32,000 nucleotides of DNA from positions 720,001 to 752,000 of the forward strand of contig NC_003364.1 of the NCBI RefSeq assembly GCF_000007225.1, given 5' to 3'. Source of the stretch: Pyrobaculum aerophilum str. IM2 (lineage in GTDB: Archaea > Thermoproteota > Thermoprotei > Thermoproteales > Thermoproteaceae). Below, one piece after another: positions 13,591-21,646 of this stretch. The translations under genes were made by a program, and so were the position numbers. Numbering within the stretch: position 1 is the stretch's first letter; each line of letters opens with the position of its first letter. Under the pieces are notes generated by a model that was not told the DNA's origin, did not search any database, and worked only from the letters and a program-made list of their open reading frames with translations.

Positions 13591-14160
13591 ATGTCAGGAG
13601 ATAAGACTACTATAACAGTTGATCGCGACGTCGCCTTAAGATGCTCTAAACTGGCAAGAGAGCTAGGCATGTCTTTTCAAAAACTTGCGTCTGACGCCTT
13701 AAGAATTGTTGAGGAAGTTGTAAAAGATGGCGGTAGCCCCATGGATTTACTTTACACTTGGAGAGGGATGAAGTCGATGTCCGCCACAGATACTATAGCC
13801 CTGCCCATGACTATTTTATTAAAGTTTTTTGAAGACCTTCAGCCCGGTAAATTCACCCCAGACTTTTATGAGGCAGGGAGGGAAATAGGAATTGCGATGT
13901 CACATGAAATAACATTTGCAGACCTGGTAAAACGCCCCTTAATATTTAAAATATTGCTTCCACTGAGATCAGCAAATAACAGAGAGACGGAAAGAGAAAT
14001 AATTTTCACACTGGCAATACCGCCGTATAGCAAACGACTGACTCCCTTGTTTTCTGCGTATATAAGAGGCCTTCTTGATGCATACGGATATACACAACAT
14101 AAAATAGAAGTAAGAGAACATATAATTGAGGTCATAATGTATAAATCTGCACAAACATAA
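13591..14160 (+). CDS. ribbon-helix-helix (CopG-like) protein with uncharacterised C-terminal domain
   Basis: 189 aa. The N-terminus 'TTITVDRDVALRCSKLARELGMSFQKLASDALRIVEEVV' fits a beta-strand/helix/helix RHH pattern. The remaining ~140 aa are unassigned; 'YEAGREIGIAM' is faintly reminiscent of V4R-type ligand-binding domains, which is very uncertain. Starts 2 nt after the chaperone's stop. Confidence 0.5.
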   Translation: MSGDKTTITVDRDVALRCSKLARELGMSFQKLASDALRIVEEVVKDGGSPMDLLYTWRGMKSMSATDTIALPMTILLKFFEDLQPGKFTPDFYEAGREIGIAMSHEITFADLVKRPLIFKILLPLRSANNRETEREIIFTLAIPPYSKRLTPLFSAYIRGLLDAYGYTQHKIEVREHIIEVIMYKSAQT

Positions 14161-14234
14161 CCATTATTAAACATAATTAACTTTAATGAAGTGGAATAGT
14201 TAGATTTTTTACCGTTCCGAAAGAGTAAGAATAC

Positions 14235-14879
14235 GTGTCTATCCAAACTACTAGGAGGGATGTGTTAAAGGCCACAGCCGCCGCTGTTATAACACTAGCC
14301 GTTCCGATATCGGCGCAAGCTACAGAAAAACGCCGCTGGGCTATGTATATCGACGTCAGCAAGTGTTATGGCTGTTATGCGTGTATGGTGGCTTGCGCCG
14401 CCGAGAATAACGTGCCTATAGGCGTTTTCAGAACGTGGATTGAGCGCCACGTCACAAAGGGAGGCACAGTTATCTTCGTGCCAAAGCAGTGTAATCACTG
14501 CGAAAATGCGCCGTGTGTGAAGCCATGTCCCACAGGCGCTACTTATAAAACTGAAGATGGACTTGTCTTAGTAAATGACGACCTTTGTATTGGCTGTGGC
14601 GCGTGTATACAAGCATGTCCATACGGCGCCAGATTCTTTAACCCAGTGAAGGGAGTTGTTGATAAATGTACATTCTGTTCCCACAGAATTTACCAAGGCA
14701 AATTGCCGGCATGTGTAGAGACATGCCCAACCGGGGCGAGAGTATTTGGCGATTTAAACGACCCCACATCGCCAGTTTTAAAACTAGTTAACACAAACGC
14801 AACACAACGGCTGAAAGTAGAAACTGGCGCGGAGCCAATGATCTTCTATAGAAACTTGCCCTCAGAGGCGGGCCTATGA
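14235..14879 (+). CDS. 4Fe-4S ferredoxin-type electron-transfer subunit (PsrB/TtrB-like) with its own Tat signal
   Basis: 214 aa. Twin-arginine motif 'TTRRDVLKATAAAV...AQA'. Four Cys clusters: 'CYGCYACMVAC', 'CNHCENAPCVKPCP', 'CIGCGACIQACP', 'CTFC...CVETCP'. Confidence 0.9.
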   Translation: MSIQTTRRDVLKATAAAVITLAVPISAQATEKRRWAMYIDVSKCYGCYACMVACAAENNVPIGVFRTWIERHVTKGGTVIFVPKQCNHCENAPCVKPCPTGATYKTEDGLVLVNDDLCIGCGACIQACPYGARFFNPVKGVVDKCTFCSHRIYQGKLPACVETCPTGARVFGDLNDPTSPVLKLVNTNATQRLKVETGAEPMIFYRNLPSEAGL

Positions 14880-15985
14880 CGTACCCAATTGGCTATCTCT
14901 ATCCCAACGAATTCGCCCAGCCGCTTCAGTGGCTACCAGTTCTCTTCTCGTACTCTCTATTAATTTCTGGGGCGGATCTATTATTAGTCGCCGCCATTGC
15001 TTACTTGTTTAATAAATTGAGGAAAACTACACCCCTATTGTTGATCGTCGGCTTAGCCTTTTATACTGTTGTTCTGCTAGGGCCGCTTGCAGATTTAAGA
15101 AACCCAGATCGTGCGCCGTTATTATTTACATATCCCCAACTTATCCCCACGGCTGTTCACCCAGGGGTTTCGTTAATAGCTTTGCAAGGCGCTTTGATGT
15201 GGCCTCTCGGGTTTATCATAGCGGCGTTATTCACATTACTCTACTTCGCCCCGGCTAATTACCAAAGATATTTAGCCACTAGAAATCCGTTTTACAAGGC
15301 GTTATCGCTGGGCATAAAAGAACACGGGCCTGGATTAAGGACTCTTCTAAAAATACTGGCCGTCGTAATGTTAATTCCAATGGCCTTTTGGGCTATTTAT
15401 CCAGCTTCGTTGCTCTCGACTCAAACATCGTTGTTCATATGGAAAAATTGGCACACGCTAATTCCAGTACACTTTGCCGATACTTTTGTTGTAGCTACTG
15501 CCGCTATAATTTTGGCAATTTGGATTTACGGGGTGAGAAAAATAGGGCAAAATGAGTTGAACAGCATTTTGACTATTCACGGCGTGGCGGCCATATCAGT
15601 GGTTGCACTGCTCTTACTCCAAATTGCATTATGGAATTCAATCTACGGCGGATCGCAATATATGGCCGTCATATCTCAGATTTCAAGCTGGATGATGCCC
15701 GTTATCGCGCTGTATATTATAACGTTTATCGTATCAATTATAGCCACCAAATATACGCCTTTGTCCTTAGTCGTGCCCTTTACAGGAATAGCTGTGGCAG
15801 TTATAAACAAATGGAATATTCTAGTCAGAGCGCAATATGCGCAGAAGTCAGGGCTTGCCTACCTGGGGCCAGAGGAGGAGATACTTGCGCACGAGGTGCC
15901 GATAATGATCTCAATAATTGCGGCAGGTGTATTCTTGGCAATAGTGTTATCAGTACTCTTCCCCGTGGGAAGAAACTATGACTAG
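14876..15985 (+). CDS. NrfD/PsrC/TtrC-type polytopic membrane quinol-interacting anchor subunit
   Basis: 369 aa and very hydrophobic, with at least 8 predicted helices. ATGA overlap with the upstream ferredoxin subunit and an 8-nt overlap with the downstream catalytic subunit. Confidence 0.8.
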   Translation: MTYPIGYLYPNEFAQPLQWLPVLFSYSLLISGADLLLVAAIAYLFNKLRKTTPLLLIVGLAFYTVVLLGPLADLRNPDRAPLLFTYPQLIPTAVHPGVSLIALQGALMWPLGFIIAALFTLLYFAPANYQRYLATRNPFYKALSLGIKEHGPGLRTLLKILAVVMLIPMAFWAIYPASLLSTQTSLFIWKNWHTLIPVHFADTFVVATAAIILAIWIYGVRKIGQNELNSILTIHGVAAISVVALLLLQIALWNSIYGGSQYMAVISQISSWMMPVIALYIITFIVSIIATKYTPLSLVVPFTGIAVAVINKWNILVRAQYAQKSGLAYLGPEEEILAHEVPIMISIIAAGVFLAIVLSVLFPVGRNYD

Positions 15986-18900
15986 CCGCAGGGCTTACCT
16001 AAAGGCTATTGCCGCTGCGGCGACGCTTGGAATAGCGCTTTGGGGCTACTGGCCAGTAGTTGACAAAATTATAAAGCCGAAGAGAACGCCATATGGACCA
16101 GATCCGCAGTTCGGCACAAATGTTAGATATGTCTTCTCGTCGTGTCTTGGATGTAACGTTCGTTGTGGCATAGTGGCCAGAGTGGTGAAATATGGCGATG
16201 TGGAAGTAATAGAGAGAATAGAGGGGAATCCCTACCACGTCTATAACAGAGCTGTGTCCTTTGATAAACAAATAAAGAGATATGCGCCCCTGCCGTACAA
16301 CACGCCGGTAAAAGAGGCGTTAGAGAAGTGGTCAGGCACGTTATGTCCAAGAGGCGCTGATGGAATACACTACGTTTACGATCCCTATAGGGTGTTGAAA
16401 CCTTTAAAACGGGCCGGGCCTAGGGGAAGCGGCAAGTGGAAAGCAATAACTTGGGAGCAGCTAATAAATGAGGTGGTAAACGGCGGCGTTATTGAAGAAA
16501 CGGGGGAGAGGTTGCCGGGGCTGAAAGAGTTCTTCGCCTACGGAAAGCTGAAGGAGGCTGGGTTTGAAGATCCAAACGCAATATTAAGCGAGATGAAAAT
16601 AGATGTTGATAACATAATGAAAGTAGCGAGAGATCCCAACAAGACATATGACGATTTAATAAAGGCCATTGAAGAATTTAAAGCTAAGTGGAGCCAGAGG
16701 CTGGGCGAAAAGGGCCTAAAATTAGAGGATTTACTAATTGATCCGGACAGGCCTGATCTCGGCACTAAGGCCAATATGGTGATGTATTTAAGAGGGCGCG
16801 GCCAGGGACACACAGACTACTTCTCGCAGAGGTGGATATACGCATTTGGCAGCGTTAACTGGACTAGACACACCTCAGCCTGTCAGCTAGGGTATTACGC
16901 TGGCAATAGTATATGGGCGGGCTATCACGATATACAGGCGGATCCAATAGGCGCCAAAGTAATTATAGGCGCCGGCTGGTCTATGGGAAGAGTGCATCCT
17001 GGCGCCACAGGACAGGGCCTAATGATCGAAAGGGCGTGTGAAGGGGAGCTTAAACTGTACTACGTAAACCCAGTGGCGCCCAGAACAACGTGCAATGGCA
17101 ATATTATTTGGATTCCTGTAAAACCCGGTGAAGATGCCGCGTTGGCTTTCGCCGTAATTAGATGGCTTATTGAAAACAAGAGGTATAACGAAGAGTTCCT
17201 CTCCATACCTAATAGAGACTCGGCGAAAAAATTAGGCTACCCGGTTAACACAAATGCCACTTGGCTCGTGATTACAGAGGGAGAACGTTTCGGCGAGTTC
17301 TTAAAGGCTAGAGACGTGGGTATTGAGGACTCCGACAAGCCGGTGGTTTGGACGGGAGAGAGATTTGCCACATACGACTCAGTTGATAAGGCAGATCTTT
17401 ACTACGTAGGAAAAGTAACTCTGCCCTCAGGCGAGACCGTCACGGTGAAGACGGCGTTTATGATTGTGCGCGACGAGGCGTTTAGCAAATCTTTTGAAGA
17501 CTGGCTGGCAATAGCAAGTCCCTATGAGCGTAACACGCCGGAATTCGCCGATTATGTGAAGAAAATAGAACAAATGGCAAAAGACTTCGCTGATGCCGCG
17601 CCTAAAGCGGCCACCACCCTGCATAGAGGCGTTGGCATGCATCCAAACGGCGAGTATATAGTTTGGGCATATAGGACAATTGACACTCTCGTTGGCAATT
17701 TCCACAGAATGGGCGGTTTGCTTGCGCGCGCCGCACATACTGCATATGAAAACTACGTCTATAACGTCGGAAGGTCTGGCTTCGGCGAACCGGTGAGGTG
17801 GGGCCCGCCAATAGATAGACATAGATATGCCTATGAAAACACATTGGAATACTGGCTGAGGGTGAAAAAGGCGCTTAAAGAGGGCAAGTCCTGGGATGAG
17901 GCGGTAAAGGCGGCGTTTCCGACAAAGAGGCCTTGGTATCCACACACGCCAGAGGAGAGCTACACAGAGATATTTGCAGGTATAGCGGAGGGCTACCCGT
18001 ATAGAATAGGCGCCTTAATATTGTTCTATGCCAATCCTGTGCTGGCGACTAATTACGGCGTTAAATTTATAGAGGTGTTAAAAGACCCCGCCAAGCTTCC
18101 GCTGTTTATAGTTATAACTACAACTATAAACGAGACTGCGTTGTACGCCGACTATATTGTCCCAGACACAACTTATCTCGAGACGGGAACTATGGGGATT
18201 CAATACCTATACGCCACGAGCGGGAGTGTTACTCTGGCAGAGAGTTGGCGTTCTCCTGTAATTATGCCGTTAACACAACGGATAAGCGACTGTCCCAATG
18301 GCCACCCGAGATATGCGAGCTTCTGGGAGTTCTTTATTGACACGGCTAAGGCTCTCGGCATGCCGGGACACGGCGATAAGGCCATACCGGGCGTAAAGGG
18401 CAAGAAATATGAAGGAAAGTGGTTCTCTATGCACTGTGAGTGGGAGTATATACTTAGGGTTTTCGCCAACGCTGCACTTGACGCAAAAGACAAGGGCTTA
18501 ATACCCGAAGACGTCCCAGAGGAGGAGGTAAAGTTCGTAGAGGAGAATTACCCAATTGCCCAGTTTAGGGACATACTTCCGCCAGACGAGTGGAAGTACG
18601 TGGCTTACGGCCTCGCGCGCGGTGGAGTCTTTACTAAATATGAGGAGTCTTTCGACGAGCGCGGCATTTCTAAGAGAAGGGTACCGGGAAGGGGCACGCT
18701 GTATTTATGGAGCGAAGAGGTGGCAAAGACTCGTAACAACGTGACTGGCGAGAAATTCTGGGGTGGGCCGAAGTACTTCCCCATCGCCACATACGCGCCT
18801 GCGGTGCCGGCCTTCCAAAAGGCTGATGAGTGGCTACACGGCACGCCGCTCCGACAGCTCTACCCAGAGAAAGAGTGGCCGTTTATACTAATACTCTATA

Positions 18901-19499
18901 CAGGGCCTTTGTATACAAAACACAGGAGCCAGTTTTACTACTGGATTAAACAAGTAGTGCCGGAGAACTTTGTATTGATCAACCCAGAGGACGCCGCCAA
19001 GCTAGGCGTTGAGACAGGCGACGTAATTAAGGTAGAGACTCCAGTAGGCGCTTTCGAGGCGCCTGCCGTTGTCGAGCCAGCCGTAGCCCCTGGAGTGATC
19101 ATGGTGCCATACGGCATGGGTAGGTGGGCAGACACCGTAGTCGTAAAGCCAAAATACTTTGAGCTAAAAGACGCAAGAGCCAAGTCGCTAATAGATGAAC
19201 TGCCAGACAAAGTGGAAATACCTGAAGACGCCGTAAATCCAGTGAAGCATTTGCCAGATGTAGTTAAGAAGCTGTTATTCACTAAGAGCCCGGCGGAGTA
19301 TTATGAAAAAGGGCTAGCCGTTGACAAGTGGAGATTCAACGGCGTCACTCCCAACGTCGCCGAGATGGCTGATCCCTCGCTCGGCGGCTGGCCTCTGCTC
19401 AGCTGGTTAGGAGCAGCACAGGCATATTTCGATACTCCAGCGAGAATCGTCAAGACAGGTCAAAGACACAAGTTTGAAGTCCCGTACATAGTCTGGTAA
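15978..19499 (+). CDS. molybdopterin (bis-MGD) oxidoreductase catalytic subunit, Psr/Phs/Ttr/Arr-related, substrate unknown
   Basis: 1173 aa. Tat signal 'TSRRAYLKAIAAAATLG'. FS0 cluster motif 'CLGCNVRC' (Cys56/59/63; first Cys codon at 16143-16145) plus 'LCPRG' (Cys123). Candidate Mo-ligand Cys302 in 'RHTSACQLG' (16881-16883). C-terminal beta-barrel-like 'VLINPEDAAKLGVETGDVIKVETPVGAFEAPAVV'. Confidence 0.9.
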   Translation: MTSRRAYLKAIAAAATLGIALWGYWPVVDKIIKPKRTPYGPDPQFGTNVRYVFSSCLGCNVRCGIVARVVKYGDVEVIERIEGNPYHVYNRAVSFDKQIKRYAPLPYNTPVKEALEKWSGTLCPRGADGIHYVYDPYRVLKPLKRAGPRGSGKWKAITWEQLINEVVNGGVIEETGERLPGLKEFFAYGKLKEAGFEDPNAILSEMKIDVDNIMKVARDPNKTYDDLIKAIEEFKAKWSQRLGEKGLKLEDLLIDPDRPDLGTKANMVMYLRGRGQGHTDYFSQRWIYAFGSVNWTRHTSACQLGYYAGNSIWAGYHDIQADPIGAKVIIGAGWSMGRVHPGATGQGLMIERACEGELKLYYVNPVAPRTTCNGNIIWIPVKPGEDAALAFAVIRWLIENKRYNEEFLSIPNRDSAKKLGYPVNTNATWLVITEGERFGEFLKARDVGIEDSDKPVVWTGERFATYDSVDKADLYYVGKVTLPSGETVTVKTAFMIVRDEAFSKSFEDWLAIASPYERNTPEFADYVKKIEQMAKDFADAAPKAATTLHRGVGMHPNGEYIVWAYRTIDTLVGNFHRMGGLLARAAHTAYENYVYNVGRSGFGEPVRWGPPIDRHRYAYENTLEYWLRVKKALKEGKSWDEAVKAAFPTKRPWYPHTPEESYTEIFAGIAEGYPYRIGALILFYANPVLATNYGVKFIEVLKDPAKLPLFIVITTTINETALYADYIVPDTTYLETGTMGIQYLYATSGSVTLAESWRSPVIMPLTQRISDCPNGHPRYASFWEFFIDTAKALGMPGHGDKAIPGVKGKKYEGKWFSMHCEWEYILRVFANAALDAKDKGLIPEDVPEEEVKFVEENYPIAQFRDILPPDEWKYVAYGLARGGVFTKYEESFDERGISKRRVPGRGTLYLWSEEVAKTRNNVTGEKFWGGPKYFPIATYAPAVPAFQKADEWLHGTPLRQLYPEKEWPFILILYTGPLYTKHRSQFYYWIKQVVPENFVLINPEDAAKLGVETGDVIKVETPVGAFEAPAVVEPAVAPGVIMVPYGMGRWADTVVVKPKYFELKDARAKSLIDELPDKVEIPEDAVNPVKHLPDVVKKLLFTKSPAEYYEKGLAVDKWRFNGVTPNVAEMADPSLGGWPLLSWLGAAQAYFDTPARIVKTGQRHKFEVPYIVW

Positions 19500-19507
19500 A
19501 ACCCCTC

Positions 19508-19514
19508 TTTTTTT
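19508..19514 (+). terminator. oligo-T (T7) terminator after the molybdoenzyme operon
   Basis: 'CTTTTTTTC' lies 9 nt after the stop codon at 19497-19499. Confidence 0.5.
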
Positions 19515-19520
19515 CCCAAT

Positions 19521-19530
19521 CTTTTTAAAA
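19521..19530 (+). promoter_or_regulatory. TATA box for the LysE-family gene
   Basis: 'CTTTTTAAAA' is centred 24 nt upstream of the GTG at 19549. Confidence 0.45.
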
Positions 19531-19548
19531 CCAATAGACTTAACGCTT

Positions 19549-20151
19549 GTGAGTTTCGCCTCTTTTCTCTCCGGCTTGTGGCTTGGCTACAGCTTAGCGG
19601 TGCCTCCAGGCCCTATGAACGCCTTAATAGCGGCTTGGGCGTTGAGGAGCTTTCGCCACGGATTCGCCGTAGGGGCAGGCGCCATGAGCGCGGATTTTAT
19701 ACTTATGCTCATCACCGTGTTATTATACGCCGCTTTGAAAAACCTCGGCAATAGTGTGTTTTTGCCGTTTTCCCTAGCCGGGGGGATCTTCTTTCTCTAT
19801 CTCGCTTATAAAATAGGGCGTTCCCGCGCGCCCAGCAAGAGAGAGGCAAACGGCGGATCTCCCCTCAGGGGCTATTTCCTGGGCCTCTCCCTCGGGCTGG
19901 TAAACCCATATCAAATAGGGTGGTGGCTCACTGCGGGTTTGAGCTCTATTCACAACTTCGGCGTGGAGTGGGCCGCGGGGCTGTTCCTGGCGATTTTAAC
20001 GTGGATTGTGGCCTTCCCCGCCGCGGTTAGGGCGGGCTGGGAGCTCAACAGTAAAGCCACTTGGCTCGCCATTAAGATATTTTCAGTTACAACGCTTTCC
20101 GCATTCGGCCTATTCTTTCTCATAAGGGTCATATACGGTGTGCTGGGCTAA
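19549..20151 (+). CDS. LysE/RhtB-family amino-acid exporter
   Basis: 200 aa with about 6 TM helices. N-terminal 'GYSLAVPPGPMNA' matches the family PGP motif. Confidence 0.8.
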   Translation: MSFASFLSGLWLGYSLAVPPGPMNALIAAWALRSFRHGFAVGAGAMSADFILMLITVLLYAALKNLGNSVFLPFSLAGGIFFLYLAYKIGRSRAPSKREANGGSPLRGYFLGLSLGLVNPYQIGWWLTAGLSSIHNFGVEWAAGLFLAILTWIVAFPAAVRAGWELNSKATWLAIKIFSVTTLSAFGLFFLIRVIYGVLG

Positions 20152-20219
20152 CTGGCTTGAGAGGCAAAGGCCCGGCTCAATCTTCCCGAGGGATCGCCTT
20201 TGCGAATGCGAGTCGAGGG

Positions 20220-21422
20220 TTAACTTCCGAAGAGCAACCACTTCCACAGGGGCACTGCCTTTGCCCGTATGCCTCTGGTGACAATCTCCCCCTCGTAATC
20301 CCATGTAATTATAAGAGGCCTTTTGCCCGTGGCTTTGACTGCCTCTTCTAATGAGGTCAACTCCCTTCTATCTATCTCGTCCGGAGATGAGGCGTATGTC
20401 ACTTGAATCGCCTCGTCCTCTGTGATAAAGTCCACCTCGCCTTTTCCCCTGTAGTACTTGGGCGATATGCCCCTTCTGGCGAGCTCCACAGCCACCGCGG
20501 TCTCCATCTTCCTCCCCCACTGCCCCTTAGGCAGATAGCCGGGGTCTATTGGGTATATCTTCCGGGGCTGGAGAAGAGAGGTTTTTCCAGGTCCCCACTT
20601 GGGAACTGTGATTATATAGAAAGCCTCCTCTAAGTATTTTAAGTAGTTAGCGAGGGTCTTTTTACTCTTCTCAAGGCCCATGCCCCTCATCCTCCTATGT
20701 GCCGCAGATATTGAAAAGACGTTTCCAAAAGAGGCTTCTATTAGGGACATGAATACTTCGAAGGATGCGGCGTCTCTAATCTTATGTCTTTCTACTACGT
20801 CTCTGTAAGCTACAGTATCTCTGTACGACTTTAAAAGCAATTGGGCTAAGTCGGGCCTCATCACCACTTCAGGATATCCTCCCAACTCTACGTATTCCCT
20901 CAGCGCCGCTAAAATGCGCCCTCGCGACGCCGGCGATGCCGTGATGTCTGCGGCTATATTCCTCGCCTTGAGGAATTCTCTAAATGAAAAGGGCAGTAGC
21001 AGAAAGGAGAGGTACCTCCCCCTGAGCTCCGTGGGCACTTCGCGGAGGCTTAATTTAGAAGACGAGCCGGCTACAACCACCATATACCCCTTATCCAAGA
21101 GGGACCTTACCCACCTCCCCCAGTGGGGCACGTTTTGAATCTCGTCTAGCAACAACACGCTGGGGTTGCCCGCCTCCGCCAGGGCCTTTAGAAAATCGCT
21201 GAAATGCTCCGGTTTGAGTCCCACTAGCCTCACGTCCTCGAAATTTATGTATAGAGTAGTCTCCCTCCCCAGCCTTAGGGCTGTCTGAAATAGTAAATAC
21301 GTCTTGCCGGCCCTCCTAGGCCCCACCACGGCTATTGCCACGCCTCTGATGGGGGTAATTTGCCTCTCCCTCTCCACCATGGCCGGGATTTCTCCCTCTC
21401 TCCACTCCGCCACTAACTCCAT
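20220..21422 (-). CDS. AAA+ ATPase of the AAA_14/DUF4143 (COG1373-like) family
   Basis: Walker A 'GPRRAGKT', Walker B 'LLLDEIQ', and a C-terminal DUF4143-like region ('LKSYRDTVAYRDVVERHKIRD', 'GEVDFI'). Start placed at the internal Met ('MELVAEWREGE', 21422), which gives the family-typical ~35 aa before the P-loop. The longest ORF extends to 21533. Confidence 0.7.
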   Translation of the reverse strand: MELVAEWREGEIPAMVERERQITPIRGVAIAVVGPRRAGKTYLLFQTALRLGRETTLYINFEDVRLVGLKPEHFSDFLKALAEAGNPSVLLLDEIQNVPHWGRWVRSLLDKGYMVVVAGSSSKLSLREVPTELRGRYLSFLLLPFSFREFLKARNIAADITASPASRGRILAALREYVELGGYPEVVMRPDLAQLLLKSYRDTVAYRDVVERHKIRDAASFEVFMSLIEASFGNVFSISAAHRRMRGMGLEKSKKTLANYLKYLEEAFYIITVPKWGPGKTSLLQPRKIYPIDPGYLPKGQWGRKMETAVAVELARRGISPKYYRGKGEVDFITEDEAIQVTYASSPDEIDRRELTSLEEAVKATGKRPLIITWDYEGEIVTRGIRAKAVPLWKWLLFGS

Positions 21423-21555
21423 AAACACTTTTTCCACATAGGAAACAAATTCTCTAGATAAATGTTTCCTACACAATACAGACAAGCCAGCTTGGCTTGC
21501 TGTGGCGTACGCCCGGCGTTGCCGCATTTCCATACGCCGCGGGGAGGCGGTTATG

Positions 21556-21577
21556 ACGCCGTGGGTACCAACGGCGT
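21556..21577. promoter_or_regulatory. 22-nt near-perfect palindrome next to the TATA region of a divergent promoter
   Basis: 'ACGCCGT G GGTACC A ACGGCGT': 20 of 22 positions are symmetric. It ends 4 nt before the A/T block 'TCTATAAATATATG' (21581-21594), between the ATPase gene (minus strand) and the Nre-like gene (plus strand). Confidence 0.4.
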
Positions 21578-21646
21578 ATGTCTATAAATATATGTTCACC
21601 TCTTGTACGTGTACCCCGCGGGGCTAATTAAATCTGTCAACGGATC

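Noticed and set aside
15631-15981. 116-aa plus-strand ORF
   Set aside because: It lies entirely within the NrfD-type membrane subunit gene in another frame. Its composition is Arg/Tyr-rich and unlike real proteins.
17427-17945. 172-aa minus-strand ORF. The same applies to the other antisense ORFs at 16538-16813, 18200-18493 and 18938-19282 (opposite the molybdoenzyme gene), 24272-24790, 26631-27101, 2275-2613, 3293-3634, 8586-8870, 9990-10196 and 23468-23785.
   Set aside because: These are shadow ORFs opposite strongly supported genes. Their low-complexity Ser/Arg/Pro-rich translations are typical of antisense frames.
21423-21533. 37-codon N-terminal extension of the AAA ATPase ('MEMRQRRAYATASQAGLSV...')
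   Set aside because: The family-typical distance from start to Walker A favours the internal Met at 21422, and the extension has an atypical composition. It is not fully excluded, because the nearest strong TATA (21581-21594) would place a TSS upstream of 21533.
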